Shown: positions 15,475 through 24,863 of the stretch, piece by piece | Layout of the letters: every line of letters starts with the position of its first letter | Position numbering within the stretch: position 1 is the stretch's first letter | From: an uncultured Actinomycetes bacterium | Lineage (GTDB): Bacteria > Actinomycetota > Actinomycetes > S36-B12 > CAIYMF01 | Direction: 5' to 3' | Length of the DNA: 32,000 bases | NCBI GenBank assembly: GCA_963843975.1 | Contig: CAWJMG010000001.1 | Coordinates: 180,001 to 212,000, forward strand | Notes under the pieces: model-generated | What the model saw: only the letters and a program-made list of their open reading frames with translations | What the model was told of the DNA's origin: nothing | Databases searched by the model: none | Program-made: the position numbers and the translations under genes

Positions 15475-17354
15475 TCCCCCAAAGCCTTGCCGAGCGTCAC
15501 GCGAAGAGCATCAGCCCCACCAGGGGACACAGCCTCGACGATCCAATCCACGTGAAGTGATTTCGCGTCCAGCATGGAGTTCAACGCGACCAAGTCGTCC
15601 AGACGGAGTGGCTCATAGCACGACAACAGAGCTATCGCTTCGGCCCGAAACTCGTCTGAATCAGAGTCGTCGCGAAGCGTGCGCAGCGAATCTAGAGCGC
15701 CGCCATCTGGCCCAGACTCCTTCAAGGTGAGTGCCGCTTGCATCAGTCGATGTAGGTCACTCGGCGAGGTCTTGCTGATGCGGCTGAGGTGACGGCGCGC
15801 CCCATCAAGCTTCTGTTGCGCGATCAGCGAGGCGACAAGCGCTGCTCGAAGTGGCGGGTCATTCTGCTGACGCTTGAGCGCGCGCTGCGCGTAGTAGGCC
15901 GCCGCGTGAAACTCGGCAAGGTGACACTTTAGGAGAGCGACAAGCCGCAGCAGAGAATGCCGATGCGGATCAAGCAAGACGGCCCGCTCGGCGATAGCTC
16001 CGGCCGTCTGCAAGTCCCCGAGGTATTCTGCGTAGGCGTGTGCGGCCATTCGCAAGACTTCGACATCAGGTCCTTGCGAGCCAACGAGGTCATCGAGGGT
16101 GGCCCATCCGTCGGCCGCCGTCGGATCTGTCGACAGCCTCGATAGCGCTCTTCGCGCCGCCGCGATCTGGTTGGTCCCATCCACGCAGGCGATGTCATGC
16201 CAGCCAATCGCTTCCGCATGGCGGCCCATCGCGTCAAGAAAAGTGGCGTAGCCCGAGGCAGCGACGGAGGCTGCGAACGTGCCGGGTTCGTTCGCAGCAG
16301 TCGAATACAGACTCTCCGCCTCTTCGATCGAACCGTGCCCTCGGAGGAGGAGATCAGCCAACGTCACCTGAGCGTGTGCATTCTTCGGGTCAACCTCCAG
16401 CGCTCGACGAAGCACCTCAACCGCACCTACCTCGTCTTTGTCGGCGAGGAAGGCGCCGAAGTTTGCCAGCAGAGCACTGTCGTTCGGTCGAAGGCGAACC
16501 TGGGCTTTGTAATCCTTGACCGTCCCAGGCAGCGAACTGAAGCCGGAACCGATGAGCTGTGGCCTCTTCGGCCGCCCCTCTGCGTCCATGGCTGGCTTGA
16601 GCCGAATGCCCATTGCCTCAAGTTGGGCAAGGAAGTCCGGCGGCTGGTAGGCGGCGTCGTGTTCGCCTTCTAGGTAGGCCTTCGAGCTTCCGTGTCCGGT
16701 CGCGCGCACCGACCCGACGGAACAACCTCGGCTTACCGTCGGTGTCCGTTCGCTCACCGAGGCATTGACCTCGGCCAAGCGTTCGAACACTTCGTCGTCA
16801 GATGGTCCGGTTCTGAGCAAGCGCTGGAGGGACTCGATCTCTTCGGCCGTTAGGGCGTTCCGCGCGCCGGTAGCGACGAGTGTGCCTGACTTTGGCCTAA
16901 CGCTAGTGACAGTGAAGTGCGTGTCGGCGACGTCCCGCGCTACGACCCGGCCGTCCACAAACGACTCGAAGTTCGATACGAGCGAAACGACGATCTGCGT
17001 ACCGGCTACTGATCCGACGACGAAGGAATGCCGCCGCTGCACTGGGTCAGAAACGCGGGAAAGGGCAGCATCTGCTCGGGATTGCAGCAAACTCAGCAAC
17101 GCCCCCAACGACGTCACCGCGTTCGCCTCGACAACGACACCAGCCAGCCAATCGCCGATGGCTCGGCCGTCTAGAACCCCTAGACCCGTAACCCCAATCC
17201 GGGCGTGCACAGACAGGGTCTGGACGGTGGCGAGCTTGTACGCATCCTGCATTGGCGCACCAGAGCCGTATGCCGAGAGCCTGAAGTCGCAAGACATGAA
17301 CATCGAGTTCTCGTCGGCAAGGACCATCACCAGGGTCACGCCCACAGTCTCCAT
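15471..17354 (-). CDS. Fusion protein: N-terminal proteasome-beta/HslV-like (Ntn-hydrolase-fold) domain plus C-terminal TPR-repeat array; function unknown
   Basis: 627-aa ORF filling the insertion. The N-terminal ~230 aa align by eye to the Thr1/Asp17/Lys33 proteasome pattern (T7, D23, K40). Residues ~290-620 have TPR-like periodicity (e.g. ALLANFGAFLADKDEVGAVEVLRRALEVDPKNAHAQVTLADLLL). No Walker A motif. Alternative in-frame GTG starts occur at 17345 and 17339; the latter would give Met-Thr-Leu-Val. Confidence 0.8.
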   Translation of the reverse strand: METVGVTLVMVLADENSMFMSCDFRLSAYGSGAPMQDAYKLATVQTLSVHARIGVTGLGVLDGRAIGDWLAGVVVEANAVTSLGALLSLLQSRADAALSRVSDPVQRRHSFVVGSVAGTQIVVSLVSNFESFVDGRVVARDVADTHFTVTSVRPKSGTLVATGARNALTAEEIESLQRLLRTGPSDDEVFERLAEVNASVSERTPTVSRGCSVGSVRATGHGSSKAYLEGEHDAAYQPPDFLAQLEAMGIRLKPAMDAEGRPKRPQLIGSGFSSLPGTVKDYKAQVRLRPNDSALLANFGAFLADKDEVGAVEVLRRALEVDPKNAHAQVTLADLLLRGHGSIEEAESLYSTAANEPGTFAASVAASGYATFLDAMGRHAEAIGWHDIACVDGTNQIAAARRALSRLSTDPTAADGWATLDDLVGSQGPDVEVLRMAAHAYAEYLGDLQTAGAIAERAVLLDPHRHSLLRLVALLKCHLAEFHAAAYYAQRALKRQQNDPPLRAALVASLIAQQKLDGARRHLSRISKTSPSDLHRLMQAALTLKESGPDGGALDSLRTLRDDSDSDEFRAEAIALLSCYEPLRLDDLVALNSMLDAKSLHVDWIVEAVSPGGADALRVTLGKALGD

Positions 17355-17391
17355 GCAACCCGACGCCAGGGTAGAACTTGAGCGAAACCGT

Positions 17392-17416
17392 CCCGTCGGC
17401 GTACCGCCTCGCTACT
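17392..17416. repeat. Right copy of the 25-bp direct repeat (cccgtcggcgtaccgcctcgctact)
   Basis: Read directly. In the GNAT-equivalent frame it reads (P)VGVPPRY followed by TGA at 17416-17418. This is why the antisense ORF 16765..17418 ends in GVPPRY, like the GNAT. Confidence 0.85.
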
Positions 17417-17494
17417 GACCTCCCGCACCTCGACCTGGCGGGGCTCCATACTTCCTGCCGGGACGACCGCGCGGGCGGTCGCGAGGAGGACCGC

Positions 17495-18331
17495 ATGAGC
17501 ACGCAGCCCGAGGCCGCCACCACCGAGGTCGCCGCAGCGCCCGAGCCGATGATCGACAACATCGGCTACGAGGTCTTCATCGCCGCCCTGTCGATCCTGT
17601 CGATCGTCAACCTCGTGCTCATCTTCTTCGTCCGCGACGATTCGCTCGACATCGTGCTGCAGGCGATGAACCTGATCCTGTCGCTCGTCCTGTTCTTCGA
17701 CTTCCTCTACCGGATGCGCAAGGCGCCGTCGAAGTCGACGTACTTCTTCCGGGAGTACGGCTGGGCGGACCTCGGCGCCTCGCTGCCGCTCCCCCAGCTG
17801 AAGGTGCTGCGCATCTTCCGGCTCATCAAGGTCTGGCGGCTCTTCCGCCTGTACGGCGCGAAGCGGCTCCTCACGGCGCTCGTCAAGGACCGCGCGGAGA
17901 CCGCCCTCTACCTGCTGCTGCTCATCGCCGTCCTGGTGCTGGAGTTCGGCAGCCTTTCGATGCTGCGGCTGGAGCAGAGCGTCGAGGGTGCCAACATCAC
18001 GACCGCCTCCGACGCGATCTGGTACGTCCTCGTCACCATCTCCACCGTCGGCTACGGCGACCAGTTCCCCGTGACGAACGCCGGCCGCGTCCTGGGCACG
18101 GCGATCATCGTGCTCGGCGTCGGCATCTTCGGCACGCTCACCGGCTTCCTGGCCAACGCGTTCATCGCCCCGCGCCGGACCGAGGACGAGATCGCTGCCG
18201 ACGAGGCCGCGGAGGAGGCCGAGGTCGAGCGCGAGGTCGACATCGCCACGAAGGTCGACGACCTGCACCGCATGCTCGCGGAGCAGCAGCAGACCATCGC
18301 GCGCCTGGAGACGCTTCTCAGCCAGCGCTGA
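17495..18331 (+). CDS. Voltage-gated (6-TM, KvAP-like) potassium channel
   Basis: Inside ORF 17378..18331; ATG at 17495 preceded by GAGGAGGA. S4-like segment LRIFRLIKVWRLFRLYGAKRL has basic residues at every third position. Selectivity filter TVGYGD. The C-terminal tail is acidic and coiled-coil-like. Confidence 0.9.
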   Translation: MSTQPEAATTEVAAAPEPMIDNIGYEVFIAALSILSIVNLVLIFFVRDDSLDIVLQAMNLILSLVLFFDFLYRMRKAPSKSTYFFREYGWADLGASLPLPQLKVLRIFRLIKVWRLFRLYGAKRLLTALVKDRAETALYLLLLIAVLVLEFGSLSMLRLEQSVEGANITTASDAIWYVLVTISTVGYGDQFPVTNAGRVLGTAIIVLGVGIFGTLTGFLANAFIAPRRTEDEIAADEAAEEAEVEREVDIATKVDDLHRMLAEQQQTIARLETLLSQR

Positions 18332-18350
18332 CCGGACATCGCTCAGGGTC

Positions 18351-18366
18351 GATCCGGGGCCGGATC
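18351..18366 (+). terminator. Short GC hairpin (gatccg-gggc-cggatc), 20 nt after the channel stop codon
   Basis: Palindrome read directly. The stem is short and there is no T-tract. Confidence 0.2.
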
Positions 18367-18426
18367 AGGGGTGCGCCACAGTCATAACGGGTGGTCGCAG
18401 CGGCCGGGACGCGGCAAGGTGGAGGT

Positions 18427-19377
18427 ATGACGCAGACCAGCACCAGCGGCACACCCGCGGGCACGGTCGTCGGAGCGCCCATCGAGGTCACGAACCTCAC
18501 GAAGCACTTCGGCGGCGTGCACGCCGTCCAGGACCTCTCCTTCACCGTCGCCCCCGGCCGGGTCACCGGCTTCCTCGGGCCCAACGGCGCGGGCAAGACC
18601 ACCACCCTGCGATGCCTGCTCGGCCTCGTCGAGCCGACGTCGGGCAGCGCGACGATCGGAGGCAAGCGCTACCACGACCTGCACGCGCCGATGCGCGTCG
18701 TCGGGTCGGCGCTCGAGGCGACCGGCTTCCACCCCGGCCGCACCGCCACCAACCACCTGCGCGTGCTCGCCCGCTCGGGCGGCCTGGACGAGGCCCGCGT
18801 GCCCGTCGTCCTGGAGTCCGTGGGCCTGGCAGACGCCGCCGGACGTGCCGTCGGAGGCTTCAGCCTCGGCATGCGCCAGCGGCTGCAGCTCGCAGCAGCG
18901 CTGCTCGGCGACCCGGGCGTGCTCGTCCTCGACGAGCCGGCGAACGGCCTCGACCCCGAGGGCATCGCCTGGCTGCGGTCGTTCCTGCGCTACCTGGCGA
19001 GCCAGGGCCGCACCGTGATCGTGTCGAGCCACGTGCTGTCGGAGGTCGAACAGACCGTCGACGACGTCGTGATCATCGCCAACGGCCGCCTCGTGCGCGC
19101 CTGCCCGCTCACCGAGCTCACCACCGGACGCGCGCACGTCGTCGTCCGCACCCCGAGCTCCGACCAGCTCCTTGCGGCAATCGCGTCCGCAGCACCTCAA
19201 GCCACGGTGCACCGCACCGACGAGGAACTGCGCGTCGAGGGCCTCGAGTCGGCCGACGTCGGCCGCATCGCCTTCGGCGCCGGCGTCGAGCTGCACGAGC
19301 TGCGACCCGGTGCCGACGACCTCGAGCAGGTCTTCCTCGCGCTCACCAGCGCCCCCACGGACGGAGCCACCTCATGA
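18427..19377 (+). CDS. ABC transporter ATP-binding protein (ABC-2/DrrA-like)
   Basis: Walker A GPNGAGKTT, signature FSLGMRQRL, Walker B VLVLDEPANGLD, H-loop SSH. The start is either ATG 18427 (AAGGTGGAGG just upstream) or GTG 18391. Confidence 0.9.
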   Translation: MTQTSTSGTPAGTVVGAPIEVTNLTKHFGGVHAVQDLSFTVAPGRVTGFLGPNGAGKTTTLRCLLGLVEPTSGSATIGGKRYHDLHAPMRVVGSALEATGFHPGRTATNHLRVLARSGGLDEARVPVVLESVGLADAAGRAVGGFSLGMRQRLQLAAALLGDPGVLVLDEPANGLDPEGIAWLRSFLRYLASQGRTVIVSSHVLSEVEQTVDDVVIIANGRLVRACPLTELTTGRAHVVVRTPSSDQLLAAIASAAPQATVHRTDEELRVEGLESADVGRIAFGAGVELHELRPGADDLEQVFLALTSAPTDGATS

Positions 19378-20171
19378 GCGCCACGCTCACTGCACCGACC
19401 CAGGCGTCGACCCACCGCCAGCGCCTCGTCTCGGCGGAGATCCTCAAGGTCACGAGCACCAAGATGTGGCTCGCGATGCTCATCGGCGTCGTGCTCTACA
19501 TCGGCATCGGGGTGGTCGCCAGCATCTTCGCCCCGGCCCAGCCCGGCCAGGACGCCACGACCCTGCAGACGGCCGCGGGCATGCGCAACCTGTTCGCGCA
19601 GGCAGGAGGCGCGTACGTCTTCGCGATCGTGCTCGGTGCCCTCGGCATGACCCAGGAGCTGCGGCACCAGACGCTCACCTCGACGTTCCTCGCCGAGCCG
19701 CGCCGCAACAAGGTGATGGTCGCGAAGATGGCGGCGTACGGCGTGATCGGCGCGATCTACGGCGCCGTCGGTGTCGTCTTCGGCTACGCGCTCGCGTTCG
19801 CGCTGCTGCCGCTCAAGGACCATGCCGACGTCCCCACCGACGCGCTCTGGCAGATCGCGGGCGGCGCCATCCTCGGATGCGCGCTCTTCGCCGTCGTCGG
19901 CGTCGCACTAGGCACGTTGATCCGCAACCAGATCGCCGCGATCCTCGGCATCCTCGTGTGGGTGCTGCTCATCGAGCAGCTCGTCGTGGTGTTCCTCCCG
20001 GCCGTCGGCAAGTGGCTCCCCGGCGGCGCGCTGTTCGGCGTCCTGCAGACCACCGGCTTCAACGGCACCGAGTACCTCCCCGTGTGGGCGGCGTCCCTGG
20101 TGCTCATCGCGTACGCCGTGGTCTTCGGCGCCATCGCTGCGGCTACGACGCAGCGCCGCGACGTCACCTGA
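19374..20171 (+). CDS. ABC-2 type transporter permease
   Basis: Inside the merged ORF 18612..20171. ATG at 19374 overlaps the ATPase stop codon (ATGA). 265 aa with about 6 hydrophobic segments. Confidence 0.85.
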   Translation: MSATLTAPTQASTHRQRLVSAEILKVTSTKMWLAMLIGVVLYIGIGVVASIFAPAQPGQDATTLQTAAGMRNLFAQAGGAYVFAIVLGALGMTQELRHQTLTSTFLAEPRRNKVMVAKMAAYGVIGAIYGAVGVVFGYALAFALLPLKDHADVPTDALWQIAGGAILGCALFAVVGVALGTLIRNQIAAILGILVWVLLIEQLVVVFLPAVGKWLPGGALFGVLQTTGFNGTEYLPVWAASLVLIAYAVVFGAIAAATTQRRDVT

Positions 20172-20177
20172 CGGCGG

Positions 20178-20936
20178 TCACCACGGGACGACCTCCCGGT
20201 CCTCCCACAGCACGCCGGTCTCGGTCCCGTCGGTCAGGGGGCGCGCCGCGAGCCACACGGCCGTGGCGGCCCCCTGCTCCGCGCTGCGGGGCGCGTCCTG
20301 GCCGCCCATGTCGGTGCGGCAGTGCGCAGGGCACATGGCGTCGACGAGCACGCCGCGGCGTCCAGCGCCGAGCTCGACTGCGAGGTTCTTGGTGTAGCCG
20401 TTCACGGCGGCCTTGCTGACGCGGTACGCCGCGAGCCCTCCGGACGTGCCCGGCCCGGACATCCGGCCGAGGCACGCGCTGACCGTCACGATGCGGCCGT
20501 CGCGCCGCGCGGCCATCCCGGGCGCGAAGGCCTGCACCACGTGGTGGACGCCGTCGAGGTTCACGCCCATCACCCGCCGCCACTCGTCCGGCGTCGTCCG
20601 CAGGGTCTTCGCGGTTCGCTCGCTCATCACCCCGGCCGCCAGCACGAGGACGTCGACATCAGCCAGCGGGCCGAGCGAGTCGTGCAGCGCGGCCACCGCG
20701 CCTGGATCGGCGACGTCGCACCCGCGCCCGACGGCGTCGAGGCCTTGCGCCACGAGGGCCGCGGCGGCGGCCTCGGCGCGGCCGGCGTCCTGGCCGACCA
20801 GCACCACCGTGGCGCCGAGCCGGGCCATCCCGTGGGCCGCCGCGAGGCCGATGCCTCGCGAGCCGCCGGTCACCAGCGCCACCCGTCCCTCCAGAGCGGC
20901 CGGGGCGACGTCGTCGAGCACGCGGTCGGGATCCAT
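20178..20936 (-). CDS. Short-chain dehydrogenase/reductase (SDR)
   Basis: ORF 20178..20972; probable ATG at 20936 (MDPDRVL...). Cofactor motif TGGSRGIG and catalytic YRVSK (YxxxK). Confidence 0.85.
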   Translation of the reverse strand: MDPDRVLDDVAPAALEGRVALVTGGSRGIGLAAAHGMARLGATVVLVGQDAGRAEAAAAALVAQGLDAVGRGCDVADPGAVAALHDSLGPLADVDVLVLAAGVMSERTAKTLRTTPDEWRRVMGVNLDGVHHVVQAFAPGMAARRDGRIVTVSACLGRMSGPGTSGGLAAYRVSKAAVNGYTKNLAVELGAGRRGVLVDAMCPAHCRTDMGGQDAPRSAEQGAATAVWLAARPLTDGTETGVLWEDREVVPW

Positions 20937-21096
20937 GCACACCACTCTGAGGTCGACGGACAGCGACCGCACCCCGACCGAGAGGCGGCCGAGAGGGTGC
21001 GGTGCCGCTCGGCGCGGGACACGTGCCGTACGCCGGAACCCGCGTGGTCCGCGCGGGGACCCGGGAGCGGAACCGCGTAGGCTGACCTTCGATCAC

Positions 21097-21125
21097 GACC
21101 CGGGGGCCAACAGGTGGCCCGGGTC
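21097..21125 (+). promoter_or_regulatory. Strong GC hairpin in the kgd 5' leader (gacccgggggcca-acagg-tggcccgggtc, with a 2-nt bulge)
   Basis: Read directly. It lies 24 nt upstream of the kgd start. A TAnnnT-type -10 candidate, TAGGCT, sits at 21078-21083. Confidence 0.3.
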
Positions 21126-21148
21126 CTACCAAGAGTCTTCTACGAGGG

Positions 21149-24100
21149 ATGTCGATGTCGACGTCGGAACCGTCGGACCAGAGCGCCCGGCTCGCTGCAT
21201 TCGGTCCGAACGAGTGGCTGGTTGACGAGATCTACCAGCAGTACCTGACCGATCCGAAGAGCGTCGACCCCGCCTGGTGGGACTTCTTCGCCGACTACGT
21301 CCCCACCGAGCACGCCGGTGCCGACCTCGTCGCCGCGTCGGCCGCCGTCCGCGCGGCCGCCAGGGCCTCCGCCGAGGCAGCAGAGGTCGCCCTCGACGTC
21401 GAGGTCGCCGCGCACGAGGCCCCGCAGCCGATGAAGCCCGAGGCCGAGGTCGCGCCCAAGCCCACGCCTCCGGCCGCTCCGGTCGCCACGCCCGTGCCGG
21501 CCGCCACCCCGGTCGCCGTCGAGAGCGTCGAGCCGACCGTGCTCAAGGGCCCGGCAGCGCGCGTCGTCACCAACATGGAGTCGAGCCTCACGGTCCCGAC
21601 CGCCACGAGCGTGCGCGCGATCCCGGTGAAGCTCCTCGTCGACAACCGCATCGTGATCAACAACCACCTCGCCCGCGGGCGCGGCGGCAAGGTCTCGTTC
21701 ACGCACCTCATCGGCTGGGCCGTCGTCCAGGGCCTCAAGGCCATGCCCGAGATGAACTACGGCTTCACCGAGGTCGACGGCAAGCCGGCCGTGGTCAAGC
21801 ACCACCAGGTCAACCTCGGCCTCGCGATCGACCTCACCAAGCCCGACGGCACCCGCCAGCTGCTGGTCCCCAGCATCAAGGGCGCCGACGAGATGGACTT
21901 CGCGACCTTCTGGTCGAGCTACGAGGAGATGGTCCGCAAGGCCCGCGGCAACAAGCTCGTCGTCGACGACTTCGTCGGCACGACCGCCAGCCTCACCAAC
22001 CCGGGCGGCATCGGCACCGTGCACTCGGTGCCGCGCCTCATGCAGGGCCAGGGCGTCATCATCGGCGTCGGCGCGATGGACTACCCCGCCGAGTGGCAGG
22101 GCGCGGCGATCGAGACGATCGCCCGTCACGCCATCAGCAAGGTCACCACGCTGACCTCGACGTACGACCACCGCATCATCCAGGGCGCGCAGTCGGGCGA
22201 GTTCCTCCGCTACATCCACGGTCTGCTGCTCGGCGACGACAACTTCTACGACGACATCTTCCGCGCGCTGCACATCCCCTACGAGCCGATCCGCTGGGCC
22301 GCCGACATCGCGACCGCCCACGACGACGACCTCGACAAGACCTCGCGCGTGCACGAGCTCATCCACGCGTTCCGCGTGCGCGGCCACCTCATGGCCGACA
22401 CCGACCCGCTCGAGTACAAGCAGCGCCACCACTCCGACCTCGACGTCGCGAGCCACGGCCTCACTCTGTGGGACCTCGACCGGGAGTTCGCCACGGGCGG
22501 CTTCGGCGGCAAGCCGTTCAAGAAGCTGCGCGACATCCTCGGCGTCCTTCGCGACGCCTACTGCCGCACCATCGGCATCGAGTACATGCACATGCAGGAC
22601 CCGGAGCAGCGCTCCTGGATCCAGCAGCGCGTGGAGCGCCGCTACGACAAGCCCGAGCGCGACGAGCAGCTGCGCATCCTGCGCAAGCTCAACGCGGCCG
22701 AGGCGTTCGAGACGTTCCTGCAGACCAAGTACGTCGGCCAGAAGCGGTTCTCGCTCGAGGGCGCCGAGTCGGTCATCCCGCTCATGGACGCCGTCATCAC
22801 CGCTGCGGCCGAGGCCGGGCTCGACGAGGCCTGCGTCGGCATGCCGCACCGCGGCCGCCTCAACGTGCTCGCCAACATCGCGGGCAAGTCGTACGACCAG
22901 ATCTTCCGCGAGTTCGAGGGCGACTTCGAGGTCGAGGGCTCGGTGCAGGGCTCCGGCGACGTGAAGTACCACCTCGGCACGAGCGGCACCTTCACGACCG
23001 AGTCGGGCGCGACCATCCCGGTCTACCTCGCGGCCAACCCGTCGCACCTCGAGGCCGTGAACCCCGTGCTCGAGGGCATCGTCCGCGCCAAGCAGGACGT
23101 GCTCCCCCGCGGCAAGATCTTCTCGGTGCTGCCCGTGCTGCTGCACGGCGACGCCGCATTCGCCGGCCAGGGCGTGGTGACCGAGACCCTCAACCTCTCG
23201 CAGCTGCGTGGCTACCGCACCGGCGGCACGATCCACATCGTCGTCAACAACCAGGTCGGCTTCACGACCGCGCCGGAGTCGTCGCGCTCGTCGGTCTACT
23301 CGACCGACGTCGCCCGCATGGTGCAGGCGCCGATCTTCCACGTGAACGGCGACGACCCCGAGGCCGTCGTCCGCGTGGCCCGCCTGGCGTTCGAGTTCCG
23401 CCAGCGGTTCAACAAGGACGTCGTCATCGACATGGTCTGCTACCGCCGTCGCGGCCACAACGAGGCCGACGACCCGTCGCTCACGCAGCCGTTGATGTAC
23501 AACCTGATCGACGCCAAGCGCTCCACGCGCAAGCTCTACACGGAGGCGCTCATCGGCCGCGGCGACATCTCGGTCGAAGAGGCCGAGCAGGCGCTGCGCG
23601 ACTACCAGGAGCAGCTCGAGCGCGTCTTCACCGAGACCCGCGACGCCCTGGCGCACCCGACCGAGAAGCACCACCCGGTGCCGCCGCCGTTCCCGGCCGT
23701 CGTCACCACGGCGATCAGCGACGACACCGTCAAGCGGATCGTCGACAGCCAGCTGAACATGCCCGAGGGCTTCACCGTCCACCCGCGTCTCGCGCCGCAG
23801 CTGCAGCGCCGGGCGCAGATGGTGCAGGACGCGACGATCGACTGGGCGATGGGCGAGACGCTCGCGTTCGGGTCGCTCCTGCTCGAGGGGCGCACCGTGC
23901 GCCTCGCCGGCCAGGACTCCCGCCGCGGCACGTTCGGCCAGCGCCACGCCGTCATCGTCGACCGCGTCACCGGCGCCGAGCACACGCCGCTCGCGAAGCT
24001 CAGCGACGACCAGGGCTTCTACTTCGTCTACGACTCGCTGCTGTCGGAGTACGCCGCGATGGGCTTCGAGTACGGCTACTCGGTGGCCCGCCCCGAGGCC

Positions 24101-24853
24101 CTCGTGCTCTGGGAGGCGCAGTTCGGCGACTTCGCCGACGGCGCGCAGACGATCATCGACGAGTTCATCACCTCGGGCGAGCAGAAGTGGGGCCAGACCT
24201 CCGGCGTCACGCTGCTGCTGCCGCACGGCTACGAGGGCCAGGGCCCCGACCACTCGTCGGCGCGCATCGAGCGCTACCTGCAGATGTGCGCGCAGGACAA
24301 CATGACCGTGGCCATGCCGTCGACGCCGGCGTCGTACTTCCACCTGCTGCGCTGGCAGGCCCTCGCGCCGCACCACAAGCCGCTGGTGGTCTTCACGCCG
24401 AAGTCGATGCTGCGCCTCAAGGCGGCCGGTTCGGCCAAGGAGGACTTCACCTCGGGCACGTTCCGCCCGGTCATCGGCGACGACACCGTCGACCCCGCCG
24501 GCGTCCGCCGCGTGCTGGTCTGCACCGGCAAGGTCACGTACGACCTCCTCGCCGAGCGCGAGAAGTCCGGCCGCACCGACGTCGCGGTCGTGCGCATCGA
24601 GCGCCTCGCCCCGCTGCCCGTCGACGAGCTGACCGCCGCCATCGCGCCGTTCCCGCGCGATGCAGAGCTCGTGTTCGTGCAGGAGGAGCCGGCCAACCAG
24701 GGCGCCTGGCCGTTCGTCGTGCTCAACCTTCCGACGATCGACGGTCGTGCGCTGCGCCGGGTCTCCCGCCCTGCGGCCGCCACCACGGCCGTGGGCACGC
24801 ACAAGGTGCACGAGCGCGAGCAGGCCGGGCTCGTCGCGCAGGCCTTCGCGTAG
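21149..24853 (+). CDS. kgd: Multifunctional 2-oxoglutarate decarboxylase/dehydrogenase E1o fused to a succinyltransferase (E2o-like) domain
   Basis: 1234 aa. N-terminus [32 protein letters not shown], then a Pro/Ala linker. E2 catalytic block [17 protein letters not shown], then E1o blocks ([58 protein letters not shown]). This is the architecture known for actinobacterial Kgd/OdhA. ATG at 21155 is an alternative start. Confidence 0.95.
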   Translation: MSMSTSEPSDQSARLAAFGPNEWLVDEIYQQYLTDPKSVDPAWWDFFADYVPTEHAGADLVAASAAVRAAARASAEAAEVALDVEVAAHEAPQPMKPEAEVAPKPTPPAAPVATPVPAATPVAVESVEPTVLKGPAARVVTNMESSLTVPTATSVRAIPVKLLVDNRIVINNHLARGRGGKVSFTHLIGWAVVQGLKAMPEMNYGFTEVDGKPAVVKHHQVNLGLAIDLTKPDGTRQLLVPSIKGADEMDFATFWSSYEEMVRKARGNKLVVDDFVGTTASLTNPGGIGTVHSVPRLMQGQGVIIGVGAMDYPAEWQGAAIETIARHAISKVTTLTSTYDHRIIQGAQSGEFLRYIHGLLLGDDNFYDDIFRALHIPYEPIRWAADIATAHDDDLDKTSRVHELIHAFRVRGHLMADTDPLEYKQRHHSDLDVASHGLTLWDLDREFATGGFGGKPFKKLRDILGVLRDAYCRTIGIEYMHMQDPEQRSWIQQRVERRYDKPERDEQLRILRKLNAAEAFETFLQTKYVGQKRFSLEGAESVIPLMDAVITAAAEAGLDEACVGMPHRGRLNVLANIAGKSYDQIFREFEGDFEVEGSVQGSGDVKYHLGTSGTFTTESGATIPVYLAANPSHLEAVNPVLEGIVRAKQDVLPRGKIFSVLPVLLHGDAAFAGQGVVTETLNLSQLRGYRTGGTIHIVVNNQVGFTTAPESSRSSVYSTDVARMVQAPIFHVNGDDPEAVVRVARLAFEFRQRFNKDVVIDMVCYRRRGHNEADDPSLTQPLMYNLIDAKRSTRKLYTEALIGRGDISVEEAEQALRDYQEQLERVFTETRDALAHPTEKHHPVPPPFPAVVTTAISDDTVKRIVDSQLNMPEGFTVHPRLAPQLQRRAQMVQDATIDWAMGETLAFGSLLLEGRTVRLAGQDSRRGTFGQRHAVIVDRVTGAEHTPLAKLSDDQGFYFVYDSLLSEYAAMGFEYGYSVARPEALVLWEAQFGDFADGAQTIIDEFITSGEQKWGQTSGVTLLLPHGYEGQGPDHSSARIERYLQMCAQDNMTVAMPSTPASYFHLLRWQALAPHHKPLVVFTPKSMLRLKAAGSAKEDFTSGTFRPVIGDDTVDPAGVRRVLVCTGKVTYDLLAEREKSGRTDVAVVRIERLAPLPVDELTAAIAPFPRDAELVFVQEEPANQGAWPFVVLNLPTIDGRALRRVSRPAAATTAVGTHKVHEREQAGLVAQAFA

Positions 24854-24863
24854 GGGTCGGCCG

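Larger units (their letters stand above)
15448..17416. mobile_element. Single-gene lower-GC insertion (about 1.92 kb of cargo) bounded by direct repeats at the 3' end of the GNAT gene; no recombinase gene
   Basis: The flanking direct repeats duplicate the GNAT 3' end. Hand GC counts of six 60-nt lines inside gave 53-67 percent (most near 58-65), against 65 and 78 percent for the two outside lines I counted, in a window that looks about 70+ percent overall. A/T-ending and rare codons are visibly more frequent inside. Confidence 0.55.

Noticed and set aside
15471-17354. Reading the TPR protein as a STAND/Avs-type NTPase or a CHAT/caspase-TPR defence protein
   Set aside because: No Walker A (GxxxxGK[ST]) or Walker B is visible, and there is no His/Cys dyad pattern. 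The N-terminal domain fits a Thr-nucleophile Ntn pattern better.
15448-17416. Integrase, transposase or terminal inverted repeats within the insertion
   Set aside because: The single large ORF fills the element. No second ORF of credible composition exists, and I saw no inverted repeats at the ends. For this reason I call it an insertion or island remnant rather than an IS or transposon.
16765-17418. 217-aa plus-strand ORF inside the insertion that ends in GVPPRY, like the GNAT
   Set aside because: It is the antisense of the TPR gene and is Ser/Thr/Arg-rich. Only its last ~8 codons are meaningful, as the duplicated GNAT 3' end (the right direct repeat), so it is a fossil of the junction rather than a gene.
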